Below, one piece after another: positions 1 through 7,814 of a stretch of 44,748 nucleotides of DNA. Within the stretch, counting starts at the first letter, position 1, and each line of letters begins with the position of its first letter. Below the pieces are notes generated by a model. That model saw nothing but the letters and a program-made list of their open reading frames with translations, made no database searches and was not told the DNA's origin. The stretch lies in the sequence record MK931438.1. One strand, given 5' to 3'. The DNA comes from Escherichia phage Schulenburg. The position numbers were made by a program, and so were the translations under genes.

Positions 1-12
1 AGGGCGTGTCTG

Positions 13-597
13 ATGCGCTCTGATGGTCAGACGCATATGTCAGGGGGTTATATGAAACTTACACTTAAGCAACCATCACCTGAGGTGGTGCAAGCTGCAC
101 ATGAAGAGGCTGTTAGCGCCAACCGTCGCCGTAAACGACCACGCGGCAAACAGAGCCTTTACCAGTCGTCCCGTAATTCCGCGGCATTGTGGAACCCGGA
201 CTATTGCGACGAGTTAATCCGGTTCTTCGACCGCAACTCGTGGGAACTCGTACCTACGTCCAAGGGTGACGAACGCCCGCTGATTCAGGATAAACCCCCG
301 TCACTGGCCCGCTTCGCCTTACACATCGGCGTCACTATCCCTATTATTAAGCTGTGGCTGCGTGAGATTCCGGCTTTCGCAGAAGCCTATGAAACCGCTC
401 AGGCGCTGGAAGAGGCGTATTTCACTGAGACCGGGGCCGCGGGTATCTCCGCTACGTTTGCTGCCGCGAAGTTAGGGTTAAGCAAAGAGAAACCGGTTGA
501 ATCCACCGAAGAGACCGCACCAACTGAGATTGTATTCACGGTAGCAGAGCCGGTAGGTAAAATCGTTACCACGAACATGGGCGAGGTAGAGGAATGA
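13..597 (+). CDS. terminase small subunit (putative)
   Basis: ORF immediately upstream of and overlapping (ATGA) the large terminase gene; start uncertain (ATG at 13, 37 or 52; GGGGG SD before 52); frame is open to the window edge so it may be 5'-partial. Confidence 0.45.
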   Translation: MRSDGQTHMSGGYMKLTLKQPSPEVVQAAHEEAVSANRRRKRPRGKQSLYQSSRNSAALWNPDYCDELIRFFDRNSWELVPTSKGDERPLIQDKPPSLARFALHIGVTIPIIKLWLREIPAFAEAYETAQALEEAYFTETGAAGISATFAAAKLGLSKEKPVESTEETAPTEIVFTVAEPVGKIVTTNMGEVEE

Positions 598-1844
598 GTA
601 TCCAGCTATCCGCCCCTCAGGCGCTGTTCCTGAACTGCGATAACAAATACAAGGCCTATGTTGGTGGTTTCGGTAGTGGCAAGACGTTTGTTGGCTGTCT
701 GGACCTTCTTACGTTCATGCTTAAGCACCCCGGTACGCGCCTGGGCTATTTCGGCCCGACCTACCCGGCTATCCGTGACATCTTCTACCCTACGTTCGAG
801 GAAGCGGCTAACCTCCTGGGCCTCGATGTACTGGTTAAATCTGGAGACAAAGAGGTCGTCGTCACACGCGGTAAGACGGTAATCGGTACAGTAATCTGCC
901 GCTCGATGGATAACCCCGGCTCTATCGTTGGCTTCAAAATTGCGGCTGCGGTCGTGGATGAACTTGACGTATTGAGTCGCGAGAAAGCGGAACTGGCGTG
1001 GAACAAAATCGTAGCCCGTATGCGTCTTGTTATTCCTGGCGTAATTAACCACATCTCCGTTACCACGACGCCGGAGGGATTCAAGTTCGTCTATGCCAAG
1101 TTCAAAGAGAACCCGACACCAAGTTACTCGATGGTGCAGGCTTCCACCCACGAGAACGCCAGATTCCTTCCGCCTGACTACATCAGCTCGCTGACCGAGA
1201 CTTACCCAGCGCAACTGATTAACGCGTACCTGAACGGTGAGTTCGTTAACCTGACATCCGGCAGCGTGTATTACGCGTATGACCGCCGCAAGCACCGCAG
1301 CAAAGAGACAATTCAACCTGGTGACACTTTGTACATCGGCCAGGACTTCAACGTTACGAAGAACGCCAGCGCCGTGTATGTGCAACGTAAAGACGGCTGG
1401 CACGCGGTAGCGGAACTGAAAGGCCTGTTCGATACGCCGGATACCGTGCGCGTAATTACAGAGAAGTGGAAGTCACAAGGCCACCGCATCGTCGTTTACC
1501 CCGACGCCAGCGGCAAGAATCGCAAAACCAACTCGGCGTCAATCTCTGATATTGCATTACTCCAGCAGGCGGGGTTTGATGTTCGCGCTAAATCCGCCAA
1601 CCCCCCGGTTAAAGACCGTGTTTTAGCCGTGAATACCGCACTGGAAAAAGGTAAGCTGTGGGTTAACGACCACTTATGCCCCGAGATAGCGAAGACGCTG
1701 GAGCAGCAGGCATACGACGATAATGGAGAGCCAGCTAAAGACGGCGTAATCGACCATATGGCGGATGCCCTCGGCTATCCTGTAGTTTACGAGATGCCGG
1801 TGGTTAAACCCGTAATCAACATCCCGGTGACTTTCGCACTTTAA
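594..1844 (+). CDS. terminase large subunit
   Basis: Walker A-like GGFGSGKT near N-terminus; 416 aa; sits between putative TerS and portal. Confidence 0.8.
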   Translation: MSIQLSAPQALFLNCDNKYKAYVGGFGSGKTFVGCLDLLTFMLKHPGTRLGYFGPTYPAIRDIFYPTFEEAANLLGLDVLVKSGDKEVVVTRGKTVIGTVICRSMDNPGSIVGFKIAAAVVDELDVLSREKAELAWNKIVARMRLVIPGVINHISVTTTPEGFKFVYAKFKENPTPSYSMVQASTHENARFLPPDYISSLTETYPAQLINAYLNGEFVNLTSGSVYYAYDRRKHRSKETIQPGDTLYIGQDFNVTKNASAVYVQRKDGWHAVAELKGLFDTPDTVRVITEKWKSQGHRIVVYPDASGKNRKTNSASISDIALLQQAGFDVRAKSANPPVKDRVLAVNTALEKGKLWVNDHLCPEIAKTLEQQAYDDNGEPAKDGVIDHMADALGYPVVYEMPVVKPVINIPVTFAL

Positions 1845-1856
1845 GAGGATTATTCA

Positions 1857-3338
1857 ATGTTAACTATGAACGGTCAGAATCAGGGTGTTAAGACAAAACA
1901 CCGGGAATGGCTGCATCACTTCGATAAATGGCAGAAGGTACGCCACGCACTGGAAGGCGACCTTATTCGCTATCTTCGCAACGTCGGGAAGAACGAGCCG
2001 GACCCGACCTACGCGGCACAGCGGCAGGAAGAATACGAGAACGGTGCTATCTGCTACAACTTCACTAAACGTACCCTGGCGGGGATGGTCGGCAGTGTCA
2101 TGCGCAAAGACCCTGAGCAGATTATTCCGCCTGAACTGGAGTACCTGCTACGTAATGCCGACGGTTCCGGTGTCGGGCTGTGGCAGCACGCGCAGGACAC
2201 GCTGATGGAAATTGACTCAGTAGGCCGTGGCGGGTTGCTGGTGGACGCGCCGGAGACCGCCGCCGCAACGGCAGCAGAGCAGAACGCAGGATTATTAAAC
2301 CCGGTCATCGCTTTCTATACCGCAGAGAACATCATCAACTGGCGCCTGACCCGCATCGGTTCAGTTAACCGCGTGACAATGGTCGTGTTGCGCGAAGTAT
2401 GGGAATACTCAGAACCAGGTGCAGAGTTCGAAACAAAGTTCGGTGAACAATACCGCGTTCTCGATTTGATTGACGGGCGCTACCGCCAGCGCATTTACCG
2501 CTTCGATGCCGAAGGTGGTGCGCAGGATGAAGTAATCGAAATATTCCCGGAACTCGGCGAACAGTTACGCGGTAAAATCCCGTTTACGTTCATTGGGGCA
2601 AGCAACAACGACGCCACTATAGACGATGCGCCTTTGCTGCCGTTGGCTGAACTCAATATCGGGCATTTCCGCAACAGCGCAGACAATGAGGAGTCCAGCT
2701 TCGTTGTAGGTCAGCCCACTCTGTTCATCGCCCCGGGCGGGAATATGAGCATGGAGCAGTGGAAAGAAGCCAACCCACACGGGGTACGCATGGGGTCGCG
2801 TTCAGGCCATAACATCGGTGAGGGCGGCAATGCGTTTCTGGTTCAGGCGGGGGAGAACAACCTCGCCAAGCAGAACATGCTGGATAAAGAGAATCAGGCC
2901 ATCCAGATTGGCGCACAGCTTATTACCCCGACGCAGCAAATCACCGCTGAATCGGCCCGTCTGCAACGTGGCGCTGATACGTCTGTTATGTCGACAATCG
3001 CACGTAACGTAAGCATGGCGTACACCGATGCGTTGCGCTGGGTAGCTGCGATGCTCGGGCTTAGTGACGGTACTGAGATTGAGTTCAAGCTGAATATGGA
3101 GTTCTTCCTGCAACCGATGACCGCTCAGGACCGCGCTCAGTGGATGGCGGACATTAATGCCGGTCTGCTGCCAGCGACCGCATACTACGCCGCGTTGCGT
3201 AAAGCAGGGGTGACTGACTGGACCGACGAGGATATTCAGAACGCTATTGAGGACGCACCTCTGCCGTTAGGTGCTGTTACTCAGGTGGCAGGAGAGATTC
3301 CGCAGTCGGTGCAGCAACAAGATGTCACTCAGCAGTAA
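1857..3338 (+). CDS. portal protein
   Basis: 493-aa ORF directly after TerL with GAGGA SD; synteny terminase-portal-MuF. Confidence 0.65.
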   Translation: MLTMNGQNQGVKTKHREWLHHFDKWQKVRHALEGDLIRYLRNVGKNEPDPTYAAQRQEEYENGAICYNFTKRTLAGMVGSVMRKDPEQIIPPELEYLLRNADGSGVGLWQHAQDTLMEIDSVGRGGLLVDAPETAAATAAEQNAGLLNPVIAFYTAENIINWRLTRIGSVNRVTMVVLREVWEYSEPGAEFETKFGEQYRVLDLIDGRYRQRIYRFDAEGGAQDEVIEIFPELGEQLRGKIPFTFIGASNNDATIDDAPLLPLAELNIGHFRNSADNEESSFVVGQPTLFIAPGGNMSMEQWKEANPHGVRMGSRSGHNIGEGGNAFLVQAGENNLAKQNMLDKENQAIQIGAQLITPTQQITAESARLQRGADTSVMSTIARNVSMAYTDALRWVAAMLGLSDGTEIEFKLNMEFFLQPMTAQDRAQWMADINAGLLPATAYYAALRKAGVTDWTDEDIQNAIEDAPLPLGAVTQVAGEIPQSVQQQDVTQQ

Positions 3339-3348
3339 GTTCACATAT

Positions 3349-3371
3349 AGCCCCGAAAGGGGCTTTCTTAT
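3349..3371 (+). terminator. intrinsic terminator-like hairpin after portal gene
   Basis: agcccc-gaaa-ggggct stem-loop followed by TTTCTTAT. Confidence 0.45.
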
Positions 3372-3407
3372 AGTATGCTATTAACTTTAGCGCCACAGGG
3401 TTTATCT

Positions 3408-4451
3408 ATGAGCTTACTTACATCTCTAATCAGCCACCAGATATGGCTGCAACGCACTGCATCCGGTGAGGTGAAAGACCTCGCGCCGTTCATTAAGGAG
3501 ATGCGGGACGAAATAAAACGGCAGGTGCTGTTATTCGGTGACGACGGGCGGAGCACTGCGCGACTGAATAAACTGTTACTCGACCTTGAAGAAGCGCTAA
3601 CCGGACTTACCGGCGATTGGCAAACAAAGCTGACAGAAGACCTTATGGAACTGGCGGCGTATGAGGCCGAGTGGAATGTAAAGACACTGACCACCAACGT
3701 AGATGCGGAATTTGTTACGCCTACTGCCGAACAGGTGTGGTCCGCTGCCGAGTTTCAACCCTTATCATTAAGCGACAAGCCTGTTGATTTCACTAAGCTG
3801 ATGTCGGGATGGGGTGAAACCGAAGTAGCACGTCTCGTAACCGGCGTTAAGATGGGCTTTGTTCAGGGTAAGACAACACGGCAGATTGTTAAGAATGTTG
3901 TTGGTGCTGGTGGTTTGGCGGACATTTCAGAACGTAACGCGGCTACTGTAATCCGCACCGCGCTGTCTCATGTATCCAACGAGGCCCGTAACGAGACGTA
4001 CCGCCAGAACGACGACATTATCGAGAAGTACGAGTGGGTGTCGACGCTGGACAGCCGTACCAGTACGATTTGTAGGGCCAGAGACGGAATGACGTGGGAA
4101 ATCGGTAAGGGGCCGATGCCCCCGGCCCATTTTGGGTGCCGAAGTACCACGGCACCTGTAATCAGTTCAGAGTTCGACTTCCTCGATAAAGGTGCAAAAC
4201 GTGCGGCTAAGGGCGCGGACGGAGGTACTCAGGTAAGCGCAGACACCACTTACTACGAGTTCCTGAAACAACAACCGGCGTGGTTCGTGGACGAAGCACT
4301 CGGGCCGACCCGCGGTGCGATATTCAGGAATAGTGGGATATCGCCAGAGGAATTCCGGGTAATATCTGTCGACGCTTTTGGTAGACCTTTAACCCTGAAG
4401 GAGATGGCGGAGTTAGACAACAGGGTTGCTGAATATCTTAGGTCGGTATAA
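3408..4451 (+). CDS. head morphogenesis protein (Mu gpF / SPP1 gp7-like)
   Basis: Follows portal; C-terminal motif AHFGCRSTTAP resembles the MuF-family H-x2-CRC signature; ATG 3408 (AGGG SD) preferred over ATG 3375, which lies in the terminator T-tract. Confidence 0.7.
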   Translation: MSLLTSLISHQIWLQRTASGEVKDLAPFIKEMRDEIKRQVLLFGDDGRSTARLNKLLLDLEEALTGLTGDWQTKLTEDLMELAAYEAEWNVKTLTTNVDAEFVTPTAEQVWSAAEFQPLSLSDKPVDFTKLMSGWGETEVARLVTGVKMGFVQGKTTRQIVKNVVGAGGLADISERNAATVIRTALSHVSNEARNETYRQNDDIIEKYEWVSTLDSRTSTICRARDGMTWEIGKGPMPPAHFGCRSTTAPVISSEFDFLDKGAKRAAKGADGGTQVSADTTYYEFLKQQPAWFVDEALGPTRGAIFRNSGISPEEFRVISVDAFGRPLTLKEMAELDNRVAEYLRSV

Positions 4452-4507
4452 AGTACACCTAGTAGCTAGCTTTGGTCGGTGAACTACTAAAAATAGAGAA
4501 AGAATAT

Positions 4508-4565
4508 AACCCCATGAAGGTATGCCTATCTCCGGCATCGACCAACCTTCATGGGGTTTTCTTAT
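4508..4565 (+). terminator. long hairpin plus T-tract (terminator-like)
   Basis: 12-14 bp stem ccccatgaaggt / accttcatgggg with ~23-nt loop, followed by TTTTCTTAT; the alternative ATG 4522 lies inside this hairpin. Confidence 0.45.
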
Positions 4566-4575
4566 AGGATTTAAT

Positions 4576-5145
4576 ATGGGAATTGTTTTTGGGGTAGGTA
4601 TTAATGATGTTTCACCAATAAGTTGCGGAGGGGTGCATATAGCGTCCTACGCCGGGTGGAAGAACATGTTAAAGAGGTGCTACGACAAGAAATGGCAGCA
4701 AAGAAACAGAACCTATACAGGTTGCCGTGTGTCTGACGATTGGTTGGTGTTCAGTAATTTCAAGGTCTGGTTTGATAATTTTTATGTACCTGGGTGGCAG
4801 ATAGATAAGGATTTACTGAACCCGGGAAATAAGGTTTACGATGCTTCTAACTGTGTTTTCATCCCCAAGTCCCTTAACACTTTCCTCACGGCCCACGACG
4901 CTCTTCGAGGCAAATACCCACTAGGTGTACATTTTCATAAACAAAAGAAAAGATTCATTGCCCAAGTATCCGTGGGTGGTGTATCTGAACAAATAGGCGC
5001 TTACGAAACCGCCCAAGAGGCACACGTAGCCTGGTTTCATAGAAAAATTGAATTAGCATATGAATACAAAGGCCTTTGCGATAGCATAGACCCACGCCTT
5101 TTCGAAGGCGTCTTACGTAAGATTAACTCAATGAAAGAGGTTTAG
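4576..5145 (+). CDS. HNH/AP2-type homing endonuclease-like protein
   Basis: N-terminal W-x2-M-x2-RC motif (GWKNMLKRC), degenerate His-Me-like region (IDKDLL..NCVFIP), C-terminal AP2-like segment (YETAQEAHVAW); AGGA SD 6 nt before ATG 4576. Confidence 0.55.
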   Translation: MGIVFGVGINDVSPISCGGVHIASYAGWKNMLKRCYDKKWQQRNRTYTGCRVSDDWLVFSNFKVWFDNFYVPGWQIDKDLLNPGNKVYDASNCVFIPKSLNTFLTAHDALRGKYPLGVHFHKQKKRFIAQVSVGGVSEQIGAYETAQEAHVAWFHRKIELAYEYKGLCDSIDPRLFEGVLRKINSMKEV

Positions 5146-5148
5146 TTT

Positions 5149-5607
5149 ATGGGCTTTTTTAAAGTAACTGATGTGCCGTCGCGTCGCGTAGTCCAATACG
5201 CCCGTGTATCCGGTTCTGGTGAGAACGTAACCTACGTTGAAGATGAAAGTGTACTAGGTACACCTGTAGACGAGATGCCGTATGTGGACAAGACCGGTAT
5301 CGCACTCTCTGCTGCTGGTATGCTTTATGAGATTCCGTATCTGGCAGATGCTGGTGATGTGTATTTCTCTGTGCAACCGAAAGACACCGAGCTGGTCGAC
5401 GGTAGCGCCACCATCACCGTCGAAGTTAAGGCGGGTAAAGCGCCGTATGTACTGACCTGGTACAAAGACGGGAAGGAAGTGGTGAACGCCCCGGAAGAGG
5501 CTCTGTCTCTGACTGTTAATGCGGCTGGTGAATACTTCACTAAAGTTACTGATGCCGATGGTGCGGAGGCCGTAAGCAAAGCGGCGAAGGTCTCTAAACC
5601 AGGATGA
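5149..5607 (+). CDS. Ig-like domain protein (possible capsid decoration)
   Basis: Beta-rich 152-aa ORF with Ig-like motif TVEVKAGKAPYVLTWYKDGKEV; AAAGAGG SD; in head module. Confidence 0.5.
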   Translation: MGFFKVTDVPSRRVVQYARVSGSGENVTYVEDESVLGTPVDEMPYVDKTGIALSAAGMLYEIPYLADAGDVYFSVQPKDTELVDGSATITVEVKAGKAPYVLTWYKDGKEVVNAPEEALSLTVNAAGEYFTKVTDADGAEAVSKAAKVSKPG

Positions 5608-5609
5608 TA

Positions 5610-5642
5610 AAAGGCCCCATAATGGGGCCTTAGTTTTATTTA
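5610..5642. terminator. bidirectional intrinsic terminator
   Basis: 8-bp stem aggcccca / tggggcct flanked by A-run upstream and TTTTATTT downstream; lies between convergent genes 5149-5607 (+) and 5636-6157 (-). Confidence 0.6.
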
Positions 5643-6157
5643 AATCGCGCAGGCATTAACACCATAAAGGCCGTGTTTGAAAATTGTATTTTGCATCCTC
5701 TGGTTTGGTCCTGGAAATCGAAACGAGCAATTTCATTTTTGTATGCCTTAGAAATCTTGTACGCGTCTGCCAAATAGCGCAGAGTGAACCCTATACTACC
5801 GACAACACCTGGTGTGATGTGCGCCACGCGTCTCCAGTCAGGAAAGTTTCCTTCTACAACATCTACCGGAAGTGTACATATAAGCGCACGATTATCGTCA
5901 TAGAAAGATACACTGCCGTTGTCGTGGTCTACCTCTGCGTAGTTAAATTTAGAAGGCTCTCTCCCTTTAATGTCGACGAGAACCCCTTTCTCAACGTTCG
6001 TCTTCACATTGTCGCAGAACAATCTATGACCGTCCGTAGACACTATCAATCCTTCAGGGTCTATGTAAAAAGCGTTCAAATAGTATCGAACATCATTTTT
6101 AGCCCTGCATATTTTCGCCCCTACATACGCAGGGAAAGTAATTACTGTAGTAACCAT
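5636..6157 (-). CDS. hypothetical protein (opposite-strand moron)
   Basis: 173-aa ORF on minus strand inside the head module; AGGAGG SD; own promoter motif upstream and convergent terminator; locally AT-rich. Confidence 0.6.
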   Translation of the reverse strand: MVTTVITFPAYVGAKICRAKNDVRYYLNAFYIDPEGLIVSTDGHRLFCDNVKTNVEKGVLVDIKGREPSKFNYAEVDHDNGSVSFYDDNRALICTLPVDVVEGNFPDWRRVAHITPGVVGSIGFTLRYLADAYKISKAYKNEIARFDFQDQTRGCKIQFSNTAFMVLMPARFK

Positions 6158-6184
6158 TTTATGCCTCCTGTTTAAGTTAACTGA

Positions 6185-6213
6185 ATAGTACCCTATTATA
6201 TTGGTGCGCGCAA
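6185..6213 (-). promoter_or_regulatory. type-B promoter/operator (TTGCGC-N17-TACTAT over palindrome AATAGGGTACTATT)
   Basis: Minus-strand TTGCGC, 17-nt spacer, TACTAT; inverted repeat AATAG-N4-CTATT overlaps the -10; about 30 nt upstream of moron start 6157. Confidence 0.45.
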
Positions 6214-6279
6214 ACTATTTATTTACGTATTCCAGTTATTCCACTCAATTGTAAACGTTGGAATAAACTATTCGAATAG

Positions 6280-6308
6280 TTGACTTTTCACTGAAAATAT
6301 GATAAGCT
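6280..6308 (+). promoter_or_regulatory. sigma70-like promoter (TTGACT-17-TAAGCT) of conserved RNA element, copy 1
   Basis: TTGACT, 17-nt spacer, TAAGCT; near-identical promoter and downstream sequence recur at about 37877. Confidence 0.5.
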
Positions 6309-6515
6309 CCACCTGAGCTTGTGAAGTATGAACAAGCGACCGCGGCGCGGGCAGGTAACGGAGCGGGACGTAAGTCCTGAGTGTAGTTACGCTGACGCGT
6401 TCGGAAGGGCCATAGTCTATTGCTTGTGTAAAAAGTAACTGGTTTACTGAGATTACGCCGTTTCTATGTTTAAATGATAAGGACTAGCGCCCCGCTTTAA
6501 GGCGGGGCTTTACTT
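6309..6515 (+). ncRNA. candidate promoter-proximal structured RNA / leader element (copy 1)
   Basis: About 40 nt (cctgagcttgtgaagtatgaacaagcgaccgcggcgcg) identical to copy 2, then about 130 nt diverged but alignable; hairpins gcttgt-N9-acaagc and ggac-GTAA-gtcc; ends with stem gccccgc/gcggggc plus TTTACTT just before the Rz SD. Confidence 0.3.
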
Positions 6516-6532
6516 ATCGAGAAAGGGGAAAC

Positions 6533-6919
6533 ATGAATCTTAAAGCAACTGTCGTAGCAGGAGCATGTTTCATCCTCCTGACATACGGCTACGGAATCTA
6601 CCAGTATCGCAGCGGCTGGGACGAAGGCCGGGCGAATCTCGTTTCGCAGCAACAGCAGAAAGCACAGGCTGAGTTAGCGAAGAAAACACAACGGCAGCAG
6701 CAGGATGAATCAAAGGCCGCCGCCGCTGACAACGAAGGCAAGACGAAATCAGAGGTGCTTACCCGTGAAGTCGTTAAGTACATTAAAACGCCTGGCCGCA
6801 GCGTGTGCACTTTCGACGATGCTCGCGTCCTGCTCAAGTCCCACGCCGTTGCCAACGCCAATTCCATCCCCGGATACGACGATGATGCAGCCGCCGTGCA
6901 AACTGGCACCGCCAAGTAG
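6533..6919 (+). CDS. i-spanin (Rz-like)
   Basis: N-terminal TM helix, then Q/A/K/E-rich coiled-coil region; 128 aa; contains an overlapping +1-frame lipoprotein ORF. Confidence 0.6.
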   Translation: MNLKATVVAGACFILLTYGYGIYQYRSGWDEGRANLVSQQQQKAQAELAKKTQRQQQDESKAAAADNEGKTKSEVLTREVVKYIKTPGRSVCTFDDARVLLKSHAVANANSIPGYDDDAAAVQTGTAK

Positions 6920-7028
6920 CGACGCTGACGAGGATTTAGCTATCGACGTTCAGAACGCCGAATGTGTACGGCAACTGAGACTGAAAGTGTTCATGTTGCA
7001 GGATTACGTGAGGAATATTCTGGAATAG
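6765..7028 (+). CDS. o-spanin (Rz1-like outer-membrane lipoprotein)
   Basis: +1-frame ORF overlapping the 3' half of Rz and extending past it; proposed GTG start with AGAGG SD; signal peptide KSLSTLKRLAAACALSTMLASC with lipobox LASC; Pro-rich mature region. Confidence 0.5.
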   Translation: MKSLSTLKRLAAACALSTMLASCSSPTPLPTPIPSPDTTMMQPPCKLAPPSSDADEDLAIDVQNAECVRQLRLKVFMLQDYVRNILE

Positions 7029-7110
7029 TTGCCTTGTATGTTGGAATAATTTATTCTTGACATGTAAATCCGGGAGGCCCGGATTCCAACGTCCAGGGGA
7101 CATACTGACT

Positions 7111-7812
7111 ATGAATCGTTTTTTACACTATCCGTTCCAGGAAGAAGCTGGGGCAGAAGATAAATCCGGCGGTGGCGACGCTCCAAAAATGTTCACCGCT
7201 GAAGAAGTTCAGGCGATGATTGAGAAAGAAGTTGCCGGACTTAAGGCCAATCAGGAAGCATTGCTGGCGGAGAAGAAAGAAGCCGCCCGTAAAGCAAAAG
7301 AGGCCGAAGAGGAACGTCAGCGCGCGCACCAGGAGGCGCTAAAAGCCGCCGGTAAGATGGACGAGTTCGAAAAGACGATTCGTAGCCAGTATGACCCGGT
7401 GTTAGCCGAGAAAGATGGTCGCATCACCAAAATGGCTGAGCGCATCCTCGGCAGCGAACGTAAAGCGGTGTTAGGCTCTTTCGCAGGTGATTTCATCACA
7501 CCGGAAGCAGTAGACATTCTTGCTCCGTTCGTTAAGACTGAGTTTGAAGGCGATGACGTGGTTACTAAGTTTGTTGGTGCAGACGGCAACGTAATCACAA
7601 CTGACCCGGAACAGTTCCGCAAGTACCTGCGCGAACACAAAGCGTTTTCGCATTTGATTAAAGCAAATGCAGCTTCCGGCGGCGGGGCTTCCGGTAGCAA
7701 AGGCGGCGGGGCCGCACCAGCGTTTAAAGACATGAACGAAGCGGAGCGTTTAGCTCTGTACAAATCGAACCCTGCCGAATTTGAACGGCAACTTAAAGCC
7801 CTGAGGAAATAA
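7111..7812 (+). CDS. scaffolding protein (putative)
   Basis: Ala/Glu/Lys-rich, coiled-coil-like, directly upstream of major capsid gene; ATG 7111. Confidence 0.55.
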   Translation: MNRFLHYPFQEEAGAEDKSGGGDAPKMFTAEEVQAMIEKEVAGLKANQEALLAEKKEAARKAKEAEEERQRAHQEALKAAGKMDEFEKTIRSQYDPVLAEKDGRITKMAERILGSERKAVLGSFAGDFITPEAVDILAPFVKTEFEGDDVVTKFVGADGNVITTDPEQFRKYLREHKAFSHLIKANAASGGGASGSKGGGAAPAFKDMNEAERLALYKSNPAEFERQLKALRK

Positions 7813-7814
7813 TA

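Noticed and set aside
606-1403. 265-aa minus-strand ORF antisense to the large terminase gene
   Set aside because: Lies entirely within the well-supported TerL coding sequence on the opposite strand, has no SD and no motifs; typical antisense shadow ORF in GC-rich coding DNA.
7044-7085. TTGACA hexamer near 7057 preceded by palindrome GAATAA-T-TTATTC, as a promoter for the scaffold gene
   Set aside because: No acceptable -10 hexamer 16-19 nt downstream; the downstream atccggg-agg-cccggat hairpin has no T-tract. Left uncalled.
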